The notes under the pieces were generated by a model. It was given only the letters and a program-made list of their open reading frames with translations. It made no database searches and had not been told where the DNA came from. Source: Felis catus (lineage: Eukaryota). Taken from it: DNA of 64,000 nt. This document shows, in pieces, positions 11,983-24,891 of this stretch. Within the stretch, counting starts at the first letter, position 1; every line of letters begins with the position of its first letter. The stretch spans positions 169,696,001 to 169,760,000 of the forward strand of contig NC_058368.1 in the NCBI RefSeq assembly GCF_018350175.1. Direction: 5' to 3'. The translations under genes and the position numbers were made by a program.

Positions 11983-12385
11983 CTAACGGGCGATGGTACT
12001 GGTATTGGAAGGCAAAGTGGGCTGCTCCAAAGGTTATTATTATTGCAGGGATCTCTGTATGGCCTGCACCACTGTCTGCAAGGAGTAGCCTTGCTAAGGC
12101 TGAAACAGGTGTCCCTTCTCTCCCAAGTCTGCTGCACGGTTTACCACCACGGCCAACCAAGAGGCTATGGAAGGAGCAAGTGTCTCAAGATCTTTGGAGA
12201 TCTTTAGATCAGCAAAGAGTCATCTTGCCCAGACAACACTCTCAGTAAGTCCTCACAAATTCTTGGTATTTAAAGTTTAGATGTGCATTACACCAGAGTA
12301 GCTCCTCTGTATATTCGTAGCGATAAGCATTCCCTAGCACAACAATTCTGCCAATATCATCTTGACCCGGCTTCCCAAATTTTCC
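11983..12385 (-). pseudogene. Pseudo-exon: NIDO C-terminus + AMOP
   Basis: Acceptor tttttctctaag|, donor ttag|gtatgt. One frame reads GKFG...NAYR...TY*ECCL...CSFHSLLVGRGGKPCS...QYQYHRPL versus MUC4 GDGY...ERYR...NYRLECL...CSFTSWRGGVCCS...LYQQRRP. The adjacent frame supplies RPYRDPC...SSPLCL. Three in-frame stops. Confidence 0.7.
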
Positions 12386-13489
12386 CTTAGAGAAAAACAA
12401 CTTCACTCAAGTGATAAACAAGTAGATCAAAACCATGTCACTTAAGTCGTAAACGAGTGGATTTGAACTCATAACAAACCAACACACCACACTGGGTACT
12501 TTTAATGCACCCAAAAGTTGAAGAAGCAGGGTTGTAGATGCTCGTGTTTGAACTCATCCTAATTCACAGATGAGTAAATTGAGGCTCAGAAAGATTAAGA
12601 GACTGAGCAGAGCTGCTGATTTTTAATACTGCTCTTTTTACTATCTTAAGAGAAGTCCATCCGGCTAATCAGGCTGGGTGAGTGAGGTCTGTGCAGCTTT
12701 TCTGATTGACGGGATGGTCAAATAGGTTCCTGATTGTGCGGCCTTACCCTTTAAGGCCGGGGGGGTGAGACTTAACAACTTCAATCTCTTGGAGCCTCTC
12801 AGGGATCAGGCTGCTCCATATTCACTCTCTTTAAAAAGATCAGCATTCATTTTCCTTTAAAGTTGGGGTTAGTCTGCCTGAGTTGCATACAAATAAGATG
12901 AATGAATTCATTACCAAAAGCTAGATTAAGTTTTGCAGCTGTTCCGCCTGGGGATCTAGTGGAGAGAGGGGCCAGCACAACTGAAAATCCTTTACTGATC
13001 AAGGCAGTCTGAAAATGCAATCTTACGCGGTAAGTGGCATTCAGAAATACTGAAATGAAGTGAAAAATTAAAATGACTTTTGCCTAAACATGTGGGGAAT
13101 GGGGAAATCCTGGGGTGCCACCAAACATACATCAGAGCTGTGGAATGCAGATGGTGTCTTTTCAGCTGGCTCACCTCAAGGGGAACGGAACTTGGGGATA
13201 TAGGAAAGAATTCTCAGTCACGATTTCAAAGGAGCTGTGTATATTTCAGGACAAGTACTGATGTCTGTCGGGTTAGCAAACTCATTTATCTCTAAATTGC
13301 AACGTCTAAACTAAGCAAGATCCTGGACCTTGTTTCTTTTTACCTGGTATCTTCAGTATAGGAATATCAACATGTGCATTCATCCATCCGTTCCTTCATG
13401 AATGCAGCTGTTTATCCCGCCGATATTCTAAAACTATTTACCATGTGCCAGGATTATTCTGGGGTGGGTTTTTTCTCTCCTTTCTTGCC

Positions 13490-14390
13490 TTTTATTCTCG
13501 ATTGAATGAATGATTTTTATCTTCTATTTTTCCCTCTACTAGTTTGGAAGTTACATGTGCTGTTTCTTCGTTTTAGTGGATACCCTAGAATTTTACCAAA
13601 TATACTTAAATTGTTGAAGTTTAAAATTCATCAGAATATGGACCCTCCTCCCAGTAATACCAGTTTTCTTCAAAGTTGAATTCCATTATCTCCCTGTGAC
13701 TTTGGTTATTGTGTTGTATTTTCAAATCTACTTTTAAAAAGCTGACATTATTATCACTGCTTTATACAACCAACTGATTAATATTAGTTCACTTTATTCC
13801 ATCCTGCATCTCATAGCTTACATCTAGAATCACTTTCCTCCTGCCCAAAGTACCTGCTTTAGATGATCTTTTAATGGGTGTGTGCTAACGATGAACTCTC
13901 TTAGGTCTGTAAAGGTCTTTATTTTTACTCCTTTCCTGAAAGATGTTTCCCAGGATATAGACTTTCAGATCAGCAGGCATTTTCTTTACGATTCCATTCC
14001 ACTATCACTAGGACTCCACTGATGTATTGGGAAGTCAGCTGTCTTATTTTGTTTCTTATGATCTGGATTTTCCCCTGACATCTTTAAAATTTTTCCCCTT
14101 ATTGGTTTTCAACAATTTTACTCTAATGTATTAAAATTTCTTTTAATTTATTCCATTTGGGATGCACTAGATTTCTTGAATCTCTGGATTCCTGGCTCTG
14201 ATTAGTCCTTGAAATTAAAAAAAAAAAAAATCATCTTTTCAAATATTGCCTTGACCTATTCTGCCTCTTCTCTCATTTTAGTTCTCCAGGATTTTTACCT
14301 TGTCATTACATTTTCCCCATCCCTTGCCCTCTTGTCTGTGTTTTCTTTTTTTATTCTTCACACTGCGTTCAGGACCATTTGCCCTATTTT
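13490..14390 (-). mobile_element. Ancient L1 (L1M) fragment
   Basis: T-rich antisense L1-like sequence (tttcctgaaagatgtttcccaggatataga, gaagtcagctgtc). Confidence 0.65.
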
Positions 14391-15475
14391 CCTAGAATAT
14401 AGTAGGCATTCAGAAATTTTTTTCTGAATGAAATGAAATACTGAACTTGAAAAAGTGTTCTTACTACATGACACTAGTTTTCTGGAAGACATACAACTTG
14501 AAAAACCTGATTTGATACAATCCTTTCAATTTTTGGTTGCAAAAACTGAAGCCTATTGGTTAAATGACTTGGCTAAGGGTATAGAGCTATGCAGGGCCAT
14601 ATCTCATCCTAGAACTCAGATCCGACTCTCAATCCACTTTTCCTTCCAATTCACCACAGGGTTTCTCATTCAAATCCAAAATATCACAGTAAAGGTAATG
14701 ACAGTATAGGTAAGAGACCTCCACTATTTTCCCTCATGAGAAGTTACGTTATAATTTTAAGAGTAACACATTTCTTCTATTAATGACTGGTGAGAAATAA
14801 GGAAATTGGAAGTGAAGTAGAAATGACAGTGGGTAGTTGCAGAACTAACTAATGAAGGCCTGGACAGCTTTCAGTAAGACGATGACTCACCAGTGGTGAG
14901 CCCTCGGGTAAATAAGCATCTTCTCATTCATTGGCTTGGCAAAGCCACCCATAAATGTGACAGGTAAAAGGAGTAGATTTACAATGAAATCTTGCCTATG
15001 GTAAAGTGATGGAGAATGCGTAGAGAATGATAAGGACTTACACTGATGCATGAATAATTAGCCCTAGGGTAGGGGCCCCTTATCACAATTCTAAGAGAGT
15101 CTGCTGAAATTAAACACTTAAACATGAGTGAGAACAACACTGCAATTGGATAAGAAGCTCTGGGAATGCAGTCTGAGGAAGGACTTAAGTGACAGGGAAA
15201 GTGGACAAGCAGCGAAAGTACAAGATAAACCCAAACATCTACAACAAATATTTGTGTGTGGGAGTGGGAAGATGGAGGGAAAATGAATTCTTATCAGTTA
15301 TTAAGAAAGACTACAAAAAAGTAGTATTTACATATGGATAAATCAGTATAGTAGCCTAAAAATCTTTTATGAAAACTTGGACTAAAGCAAGTTTCCTAGA
15401 GCATGATTTTGAGAAATGCCATATTTTGTAGCCTTTGCTTTTGGCTGTTTCAGTACATTTTGTTAAATTAACTTA

Positions 15476-15665
15476 GGTTTTGAGAGAGGGAGAGAGAATG
15501 TGAGCAGGGGAGAGGCAGAGAGAAAGGGAGAGCGAGAATCCTAAGCAGGTTCCGCACTGTCAGGACAGAGCCCAATGCAGAGCTCAATCCCACGAACCGT
15601 GGGATCATGAACTGAGCCGAAATCAAGAATGGGACATTTAACAGACTGAGGCATCCAGACGCCCC
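15476..15665 (-). mobile_element. Can-SINE
   Basis: GA tract, gatcatgaactgagccgaaatcaag, ends cagacgcccc. Confidence 0.92.
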
Positions 15666-15951
15666 AGTACATTTTTAAAATAATATTTAGTCACATACGT
15701 GATCAGTTCTCTCCACTTCTGTTAGTTCCCAATACAAAATCACAGAATATTTTAAAAAAGACAACGTAACCCCATGTACTCATTTTCTTGCAATCTCCCC
15801 ATCCTTGGCTTTGAAGCAGTAATCACTTCCATATACACGTCTGTCCACTTTCTCTCAACTGCTCTGTATAGTACATTGCTTCACAGACATAATACACAGC
15901 TGCATGATGATAAAAAGGGGGGAAATACTTTCATGTTCATCTCTTCTCCTT

Positions 15952-16055
15952 GAGCCATCAGCCCAGAGCCCGACGCGGGGCTTGAACTCACGGACCGCGA
16001 GATCGTGACCTGGCTGAAGTCGGACGCTTAACCGACTGCACCACCCAGGCGCCCC
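15952..16055 (-). mobile_element. Tail-less young Can-SINE (5' ~105 bp only)
   Basis: Head intact, no CT tract or poly-A, flanked by direct repeat cttctccttg. Confidence 0.92.
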
Positions 16056-17029
16056 AGCTTCTCCTTGTTTTGAAACTGTAGTTGTTTCCATAATTTTTAA
16101 CCCTCCTTCTTGTCAAGACAAACTCACTAGTTTCAAGCCTCAGTCTCACATGGCTCTATGGAATCTCTCAGGAGAGGAGGGACAGCCCTACCTTGTACAG
16201 CAAAAAAGAATGATTAACAGCAGGGGTGGGGCGACAGGGGCAGCATCCAAGCCTACACCACAAACTACAGATATCCTGGCCGTGTGCTTCCTGCCTTTAT
16301 CCTCAAAAGGACAAAGCAAAATGTTTGGACCAATATATTCTCTCCTTTTCACCCCAATAAAGAACATCATCCTATCATGAAATGATAAGATCTGACGTGT
16401 TCTCTGAAGACCATCTCTTTTCAGGCAGCCATCTGCATTAAAGCCATCTGTCAGCTTCTCTTGCTTATTAGTCATGTCCCTGAGAAACCAATTGTAGTAT
16501 CTACTAATCCTTAAAGGCCATGAAATGTTATTGATCAGAAATTGGAAAGGATGACACCTAGTTGTACAGTCTCCACCCTTACCGTGCAAAATAAAATAAA
16601 GCACGGAAAATGTGATTAATTTTTATCAGTATAGAAAGAAACAAGAATACTCATCCTTCAATGTGTATTTTTTTCTATCTCTCCCCCTTTTCTTCTGGTT
16701 AGTTGGTTGGAATTTTAATCTGTTTCGTGTCCTGAAACTGTCTACAACACATTTTTTTTGTCCTAAATATTTTTACTTGCTTGTTTGTCATAACTGATGT
16801 GCACAAAGAGGTGATTATTCACCCAAGCCATTTAATTCTAATCCTTTTCCAAATTTAAAGTTTAATCTAGGGGGTGTTTTGAAATTAGCAGCATAGAAAG
16901 AGCACTGATCTTTTAGTCTGACAGCCTAGCATCTAGACCAGTTCTTTTCCTAACTCTCCCTGAAACTTGGGTAGGGCATTTGACATGATTGACTTTTTTA
17001 CATATGATTTAAAATGAAATGACCTAACG

Positions 17030-18010
17030 TATTCATTAATTCAGCCATTCAATTATCTACCCATCCATCTCTCCATCTATCTATCCAACCAACAATTTGT
17101 CTTTTCAAAACATATTTATTTCTAATATGGGCCAGGAAGTAGGGATAAAGCAGCAAACAAACCAGAAAATGTCTGCCCTTGTAGAGTTTAAAGTCTAGTA
17201 AAGGAAAATAAATAGGTTATAAATAGTTAAGCTGTACAGTATACAAATGATCACGGGTGTTATGGAGAAAAATCAAGGAGGAAGGGTGCTGGGGAGTGGT
17301 GATTTTAAATTGAGCAAGCAGGGAAGTCTTCACAGAGAAGGTGGCATTGAGCAAAGACCTAAAGGAAGTGAGGGAGTGAATCATACAAATATCTGAGTAC
17401 AAAGTGTTCCAACCAAGGAAACAGTGTAAAATTCCTGAGGCAGGAATGTTCCTACCATGTTCAAGGAAAAGTCAAGAAGTCACTGTGCTGGAGTACCTTG
17501 ACAAAGGGCAGAGTAGCAGAAGATAAGATTAGAGAGATAGTAGGGGCAGAAAATGTGGGGTCTTGCAGACCACTGAAGGGATATTGGCTTCTTTTCTAGA
17601 GGAGATGGGGAATCATGGGAGATTTGGGGGCAGAGGCATGCATGATCCGATTTAAGTTTGGGATTCTCTGTTGAGAAGAAACTGTGTTGGGTGGGAAGGG
17701 AGCAAAAATAAAGGTGGAAGCCAAGAGACTCATTAGGGGGGTATTGTCATCATCCTGGACCAGGGGAGTAGCAAGTGGTAAATTCTGATATGTTGTGATA
17801 GTAGAGTCTGGTAGATCGGCTATTTAGAAAAGAAAGAGAAATTAAGGATATTTATAGGACTTGATCTAAAGGATTTGAAGAATGAGCTGTCTAGTACTAA
17901 GATGGTAGAATGGAGCCAACTAGGGAAGGAGTAATTTGATGGGGAAGATAAGGAGGTGGGTGTTGGACTGATGAGTTTGAGGTGCATGTATCCCATGCAC
18001 TGAAGAGCAC
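17030..18010 (-). mobile_element. L2 LINE fragment (~1 kb)
   Basis: attcatt start, then cagggaagtcttcacagagaaggtggcattgagcaaagacct and later L2 motifs. Confidence 0.85.
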
Positions 18011-20199
18011 CCAACCTGAAGCCAGACCACACTGAGTTCTTGGAGTTAGGGAGCACTTAATAGGCAGAAATGATGGAACAGCCATCCCAGATCTCAAAGT
18101 TCTTACTCCTTACGTAGGGAGACAGGTATGGATGCAGATAATCACAACCAGCAGGCAGACTAGCCTAGAGTGCAAGAACAAGTCATTTTTACCAGAACTT
18201 TCCTGTAGGATACAAATAAGTGGCTCTCTATATGGTTCAAACTTTTAATCACTTATTCAGCTTTCAGACTAGACACAACCAATATCACACATCATCTTAT
18301 TACAACCCCTGTCTCAACATGGTTAGAGATAAGACTGGAAGAGAACTCTATTGCCCTATACACACCTGCAAACCACACTTTGATGGATATGTGATTATAT
18401 ACCTCTTTGAAAAAGAGTCTCAAGTGAAATCAAATCTTCCTGCTGATATTTCTGATCTTCACCTTTTTGTTCTATATATTTTGCCCAATCTTTTTGCGTG
18501 AAGCTAGGATTGTGCAGATTAAGGTATGTATTCACCAGCATGCTAACACAGATAAGAAGTCATTTTGCCACCATCCATGATTACCAGTGGGACTATCCTT
18601 GATAGGCCCATGTGTTTGCAGAAAATTGTCTTTCCAAGATTGGTTTTGAATAAAATTAAGGGGCATCAAGACTACAGTTAAGGCAATTTAAAATCAATGT
18701 CTAAGACTGAGTAAACACCTATAAGAATTAAAGTAATTGAGCTGGGTGGTAGAGTATAGGTGTTTTTCTTTTTTCCAAGGTTTTATTATTTAAATATACA
18801 GGAAAGAACCACTGCCATAGTTCTATATTAGATTGGTATCATGTACTTGAATATTTGATTTAAAAAACATCTTTCTTTTATCTTTCTGTGTTCCTTTCAA
18901 ACTACCTTGTAAAGCTAGTGTACAATGTGTTTGTGCTACATGCCATTTTTTCCTTGCTTACTATTATGCCCACAGTTCAAGTGAGCTGACATTGGAAATA
19001 AAGAATAAGGGTACCTTGTCCTAACAGATATTAGTGTGACCTAAAGTCACTGCGTTGGGCTTCTTTGGGCATCCTATTGACCTCAGCTTCCTCCAGGGAG
19101 AGCCTTAGATGCCCAGCAGGGGAAAATAGGGGGCCAGTCCTTAGATGAAAACAAACAAACACAACAGTTGGATAATATGGACCAGCGAGACTGAGATGCA
19201 GTAGAATGATTTTTCATATTGGGATTGAGGTTTGGCAGGCAGACTTTTTGATCAACAATTACATTTCCTGGAACCTCCAGGAAGAGGATAGGAGTGAAAC
19301 TCGGGTAAGAATAGGAATAATAAAAATGCATCTTTTTAGTGCCCTGGGGCTCTTCTGCCATGTGGATTTTGGAGTTTGGGGTTTTAGGGATTCTCTATCT
19401 GTGTCTGTCTTTGCATAATGCTTGCAGGACAACCTTGACTTTGTAGACTCAAACCATCATGAGGCTCACTGAGGAGAAAGAGGGCATGTGCTAGCCACGT
19501 AAGTCTAAGTCTTCCTCCAGGCTCAGAGAGAGGAGGGTAGATGCAGTGAACAACTGTTTGTTTCCAAACAGCATCTCTCTCTCTTTTTTTTTTTTTTTTA
19601 TGACAGCACCCACTTCCCCTGAGAAACTGGTCCTCCTCCACTCAAGTGCTTTTGTGAGAATTGGTACCTACAGCCCTTACCTCTGTGATGTCTAATGGGT
19701 AGATCTGTCAACCAAGCTTATATAATCAGTGCTCTTTGTGGAAGTTGAGAAGAAGAGCTCTCTTTCCCTTTGGACAGTGACCTGCAGAGATATGACCTCA
19801 AAGTTCCCAGATCCCTCAGAATGGGCAGTAGAGCAGACAGGATGAAGTCACTGGGGACAGAAACCAAGATGAGGAATGGGTAGAAGTGGAGTGCATGAGA
19901 GGGGGAGAGGGTGTAGGTTAGACAGTGAGAATACTTAAACTCTTTTCCGTTCTGTATTCCTGGGGACACTGTACTCCTTCCTTTCTGCGTGTTGGTTCCA
20001 TGATCCAGTAAATCATCTTAAAAAATTTTTTTTTAATTCTTTGAATTTTGTTTCTGTTACTTTCAGCCAAAAAGTACAGATTAATACAGGGGGATGTATA
20101 CTTTGTTCTAGAAGTCTGAGCCCATGTTTCTAACATAGGCAAAGAGGCAGGTGAGAGAGAGATTGTGAATATGGCTGGAGGTTTTCTGTGTTGACTGTT

Positions 20200-20495
20200 T
20201 CTTTTTCTTTCTCCTCCCCCCATCCTTCCCTCCTCCTTTCCTTCCTTTCTTCCTCCCCCCTTAGCCCCTCCCCTGTTCCTCCTTTTCTCTTTGTTCCTCC
20301 CTTCCTCCCTCCCCCTTCCTCCCTTTCTCCTTCTTTCCTTCCTTCCTTCCTTCCTTCCTCCTCCCTTCTTCCTTCCTTCCTTCCTTCCTTCCTTCCTTCC
20401 TTCCCTCCCTCCCTCCCTCCCTCCCTCCCTCCCTCCCTCCCTCCCTCCTTCCCTCCTTCCTTCCTTTCTTCCTTCCTTCCTCCTTCCTTCCTTCC
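20200..20495. repeat. Polypyrimidine (CCTT)n/(CCCT)n microsatellite
   Basis: About 300 bp almost purely C/T. Confidence 0.97.
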
Positions 20496-22819
20496 TGCAC
20501 TTCAGCACAAAAGGGCAGAAGTAGATTAAGATCCTTATAACAGCAGAGGAGAAATGGTAATTAACTGAGTTAATCACATTTACTGGAATTACTAATAACT
20601 ATTTAATGTATGGTGTCCAATTTAAGTGAGGATTTAATGAAGTAGAAACATTTGGGAGAGGAAGAGAGCTAACGTTAAACTGTGCCTATTACATCTTCAA
20701 CACGTGCTAGATACTCGATATCCATTACCTTGTTTAGTGTTTATGAGAGGCTTATAAAGTAAATGTATAAATTGCACATACTTTATGACTTAGCTTAAGT
20801 GAAAAAGAAAACTTATTGGCTTCTATAACTGACTAGGTCCAAGATTAGAGCTGTCTTTAGGAGGGGCTTTATTCAGTGCATAGATGATGTCATCCGATCT
20901 GCTTGTGAGCCAGAACCACTGTTGTAGAACTCCTGTTACATGGAAAACTGGGTGAGTGGTGCTCTCTGGAGTTGTGCAGCTGTTCTTGCTCTTTTTCCAC
21001 CATTCCCTTATTCTTAGGCTTACTTGCTGGACCCTGGAACTTGAGGCTCATGTTATGCCAGTGTCGTTTCCATTATAGTACAAACATAAGTCCTAGAATT
21101 AAGTCTTACCATTTCTATGCATCTGGGCAAACAAAGATTATTCCCAGTGGCCAACAGTATGGTTTAAGAACTATAATATACTTAACCCAGGAAACTTGGT
21201 GCCTTGATTCTTCTGCTTAATTCGGGTAGATTTTGGTGTTTCTTTTTTTCGTCCTTAAATTGCCTTTGAGATTTATTTTTAGCAGTAGCCAGAAGACAAT
21301 CTATTCAAAAAGAAAGGTTATGGTCACCCAACTTTTGCTGGAGAGACTTCACTCTGATGTTTTCTTTCCAAGTAGAAAGAAGCTTTTACTAAATCATTCT
21401 AAACTTTTCTCCTTTCATGAGAATCTGAAACTTTTCTATAATTAGAGCCCTCGCAAATTGTTCTTTTTATTTTCCCCACAAATTGTTCTAACTTTGATTT
21501 CTATTGTGCACAAGATTTATTTTAAAGGATCACCGTCTTTGTTTTTCTTAGATTTCTTAACTTCCTAAAGGCTGCATAAATAGTAAATATGTATTAAAAA
21601 CTAGACTCATATTTATCATATATGAGATTATACACACAAAAGGACAATAGCTATCTCCTTGCCCCCTCATCTCTCCAATGTGCCCCTCCTGCCCAGAGAC
21701 ATTTCCACCTGTCCTAAGCTGATCTGGGGTGTCTTTGATTGTCTGTCTGGCAAGTATCATAAGGTAGGGTAATACTCCTTTTGATTTTTAACACAAACAC
21801 ATATGCTCTTGGGATTCACTTCTGGAAAATTAGAGGAAATTTAGAATTTGTCATTTTGTATTATTTTTGAACTAAGTTTGGCTTAGGAGAATTTTTACTT
21901 ATGAATAAGGCTGGAGTGTCCTAAGCACACTGCGAAACTGACAACTTGCAGAACATTTATGTAGTTCAGAGGTGGAGACACCGTTTCTGCCCACTAAGGC
22001 ATCCTCCTGCATAAACGCCTCAGGGAATCCCGTCCTGTGAGCTTGGAAGATTATCTTTGGTTGTCAGGATGTTCATGTTCTTAAGATATAATAATATAAA
22101 AAGAGGAGATATTCAGGCACTGCTGCCCTCCCCCACTTCTGATAGAGTCATATGTCGCTGACCATGTCGCGATGACCATGACCATGACTTTGAAACCATG
22201 CACATTTCCCTGTGGAGAACACAGGCAGCTTTTTGTAAGAAACATCAGGTGTTTAAGGCTTAGAGAAGATATGAGAGCCGCTCCCAAATATTTGATGAGG
22301 TGTCAGGTGAAGAGGGCCCCAAGGACTGAACTGGAGGTAGAACCAGTGGATGGCGGATTTTATAGGGGGGCCAATTTAGTGAGAAGTTTCCTGAGAATTG
22401 TAACCATTTGACAAAACAGCAGGTTTCCCTGAGGTCATCCAGTGAGGGCTGTCTGATGTTATTCAGGTTAGAGAGCAAAAGCAAGAGGTTCAACCTAAGG
22501 TGCATGGGCCCTGAGAATGTTCTTAAAAAAAAAAAAAAAAAAAAAAAAAGAAATAAAGATATTTTTTTTGGTCCTGTTGGATACACTGACCTTATAAATT
22601 GGGAAGAAAATTGTGTATCCTGTCCCAGTCTCAGAATCACCTCCACACATTTTTTCCCTCAAAAAAGTGGAATATAAATACTCTAAAGGGCATGGGGATA
22701 TGCATGAAGGAACAGAAATGAGCAAAGTGAGCTGGGTGGGCACTGTGATGAACTAGAGCCAAAGTCTGTTTTAAAGTGGTTTTACACCACTGCTTCCCTT
22801 TGCCAGGTGGGAATTGTGA

Positions 22820-23020
22820 CCCAATGTTGCCAGATAGGCTGAATTTTCAAGGAAAGCAGGAAATAGATATATGTTTTTAGATATGGAAGTGCTTGATCTT
22901 TTACATGTTGGGAACTAAAAACATTCAAAACACAATGCAGGATTGAGGGTGGGACGGGGTTCCAACAAAACTTGCCTGCAAATCAAATTTAGCCCTCAGG
23001 CCACTTTCTTATGACATTTG
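22820..23020 (+). mobile_element. MER103-type hAT-Charlie element
   Basis: gttgccagat...ttttcaag...atgttgggaacta...aaacaca...gccctcaggccac pattern. Confidence 0.7.
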
Positions 23021-23029
23021 GAACAAGGA

Positions 23030-23281
23030 AAGAGATAATAAAATGAATGAGTAAGTAACTATCCCAGTCGCAAACGAGAGCACAGATGAGAACGCATGAT
23101 TTCTCAGTCAGGTATCACTAACTTCGTCATCATTTGTGTCATGTGATGTCTTGATCGTGGGGCTTGGGTCTACGAAATATATTTGCTGTTCTCATAGCAG
23201 TACAAATATCTCAAGAGACAACATGGCAGTGTAAAACTATTCTAGGTGAACATACATAGTCAGAGCGCTCTATGTGTGCAC
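23030..23281 (-). pseudogene. Pseudo-exon: NIDO core
   Basis: IT* (23147-23139, Trp TGG>TGA) lies exactly 21 codons before CALVCDWDSYLLIHF (23084-23040), the same spacing as MUC4 VTW...AILSTDGSRSYALFLY. Pyrimidine tract and tag| acceptor at 23282-23283. Confidence 0.6.
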
Positions 23282-23721
23282 CTAGAATATTTATTTTGAG
23301 AAAGACAGACGGAAACAATGTGCCATATTGGAGGTCTGATGGGGCAATGCAGTCAGAGAAACTTGAGGCAATATTCCTATATCCTTCCTCAGCAGCAGGT
23401 GACCTTGGGGAGATACCTGAAGCTGCCCCAGTCCTAGGTTTTGGGTCTGAAGAATGGGGAAGCTGATACATACCTCATAAGGTGAGTGTGGGTTTGAATG
23501 GAAGGAGGTTTGTGAAGTACCCGGCAGAGGACTGGACACAGAGCTAGAACTCAAGAAAATAACTTCCCTAGATTTTTCTCCAGGATCTTCCCTCTCACTC
23601 ATTTAAGCTGATTTTCTATTCAAAACTATGACTAATTATCTGAGTTCATCCAGGAAAAACAGATAAATAAACAAATGAAGCAAATCAAACAAAAACAAAC
23701 AACATAAAAAAACATAACCCA

Positions 23722-24106
23722 TGTTATGGTTAATTTTATATGTCTTGGCTAGAACACAGTGCCCATATTTGGTCAAACATTACTCTGGATGTTTCTGTGA
23801 AGTTGTTTTTAGATAAGATTAACATATAAATGGGTAGATTTTGAGTAAAGCAGCTTACCTCCATAATGTGGGTGGGCCTCATCCAATCAGTTGGAGATCC
23901 TAATTAAACAGAAGCGGACTTTCCCTGAACAAGAAAGAATTCTGTCAGCAGATAGCCCTTACGCTCAGAATATATATGTGCAATGTGTATATATATATAT
24001 GTATGTATACACACACACACATATATATATATACACACATACATATATATATGTGTATATATATATATTCATCCTGTTGGTTCTGCTTCCCTGGAGAACC
24101 CTAATA
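23722..24106 (+). mobile_element. MLT2 (ERVL) solo LTR with internal (TA/CA)n
   Basis: tgttatggttaattttatatgtc start, gggtgggcctcatccaatcagttg, end ttggttctgcttccctggagaaccctaata. Confidence 0.9.
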
Positions 24107-24891
24107 GAGCCAACAACCCTCAATGTGCAGTATATGATGTATGAAAGGGTAATTAATTCATGTAAAAAGTGGTGATGAATTGTGTAAGGGCTTTGGTTTG
24201 TGATATTTCCGTGTCCCGAACTGTGTATCCCCAAGGCACAGGAGGTAAGGCCAGACTTGTTCAGTGCCAAGTACTTTGTTAGCATGACTTCCCCCAGAAT
24301 CCCAACCAATGGTAAATCCAAATGACAGAGTTGCTACCCATTGGATGACTCATCTTTCAAATCCTCCTTCCAGTGCTGGGGGAGAAGAAAAATTCCTGCT
24401 CCCTCTGCTCTTGATGCTTTATATCCTGCCGCCTCATGAAATGCTCCTAGTGTTGCAGGGAAAGACTATGTGGAGTGGAACTACTTTGGATTACACTTGC
24501 TCACAAAGTTCTCCACGTGAGACTATGGAAGAGAGAAATTTACTGCAGAAGTTTCATTTGCGGTCCTTTGGGGCCATATTGTCATGTTTTGTGTATAATA
24601 GCTGCATGCCCCCACCCCACCCCCCTCAGCTGCTGTTGTGCATCTCTGGGTGAACTTCTATCTCCATGTCTAGAGATAATATCCAGACCTGCATGTCTTT
24701 CCTGGTCAAGGATGTGAGACAGCTTTCTGCTGGAATTTCAATCCTGAGTGCTCACACAGCTGTCACGAAGAACACACAGCTTCATGGGACACTTTGGAGA
24801 ATTGTTAACCTGTGCAATCAATGCCTATCACAATCTGCGCGGATCCTAGAGCATTAGTTAAGATGCACTCTTTTCTCACTGCACTGCCCAC

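Noticed and set aside
12939..13029. Plus-strand 91-bp ttttgcag|...|gtaagt unit
   Set aside because: Isolated splice-like signals with no partner exon or coding support.
18260..18420. Candidate for the missing NIDO exon on the minus strand
   Set aside because: Similarity is too weak and needs several assumed mutations.
19918..20577. 219-aa ORF (longest in the track) and overlapping ORFs
   Set aside because: Translation of the (CCTT/CCCT)n microsatellite.
23275..23325. LFPSVFLKINILGAH resembling NIDO LKVTWVNAH
   Set aside because: It overlaps what looks like the pyrimidine tract and acceptor. The IT* at 23147 has the correct spacing to the downstream motif and is preferred.
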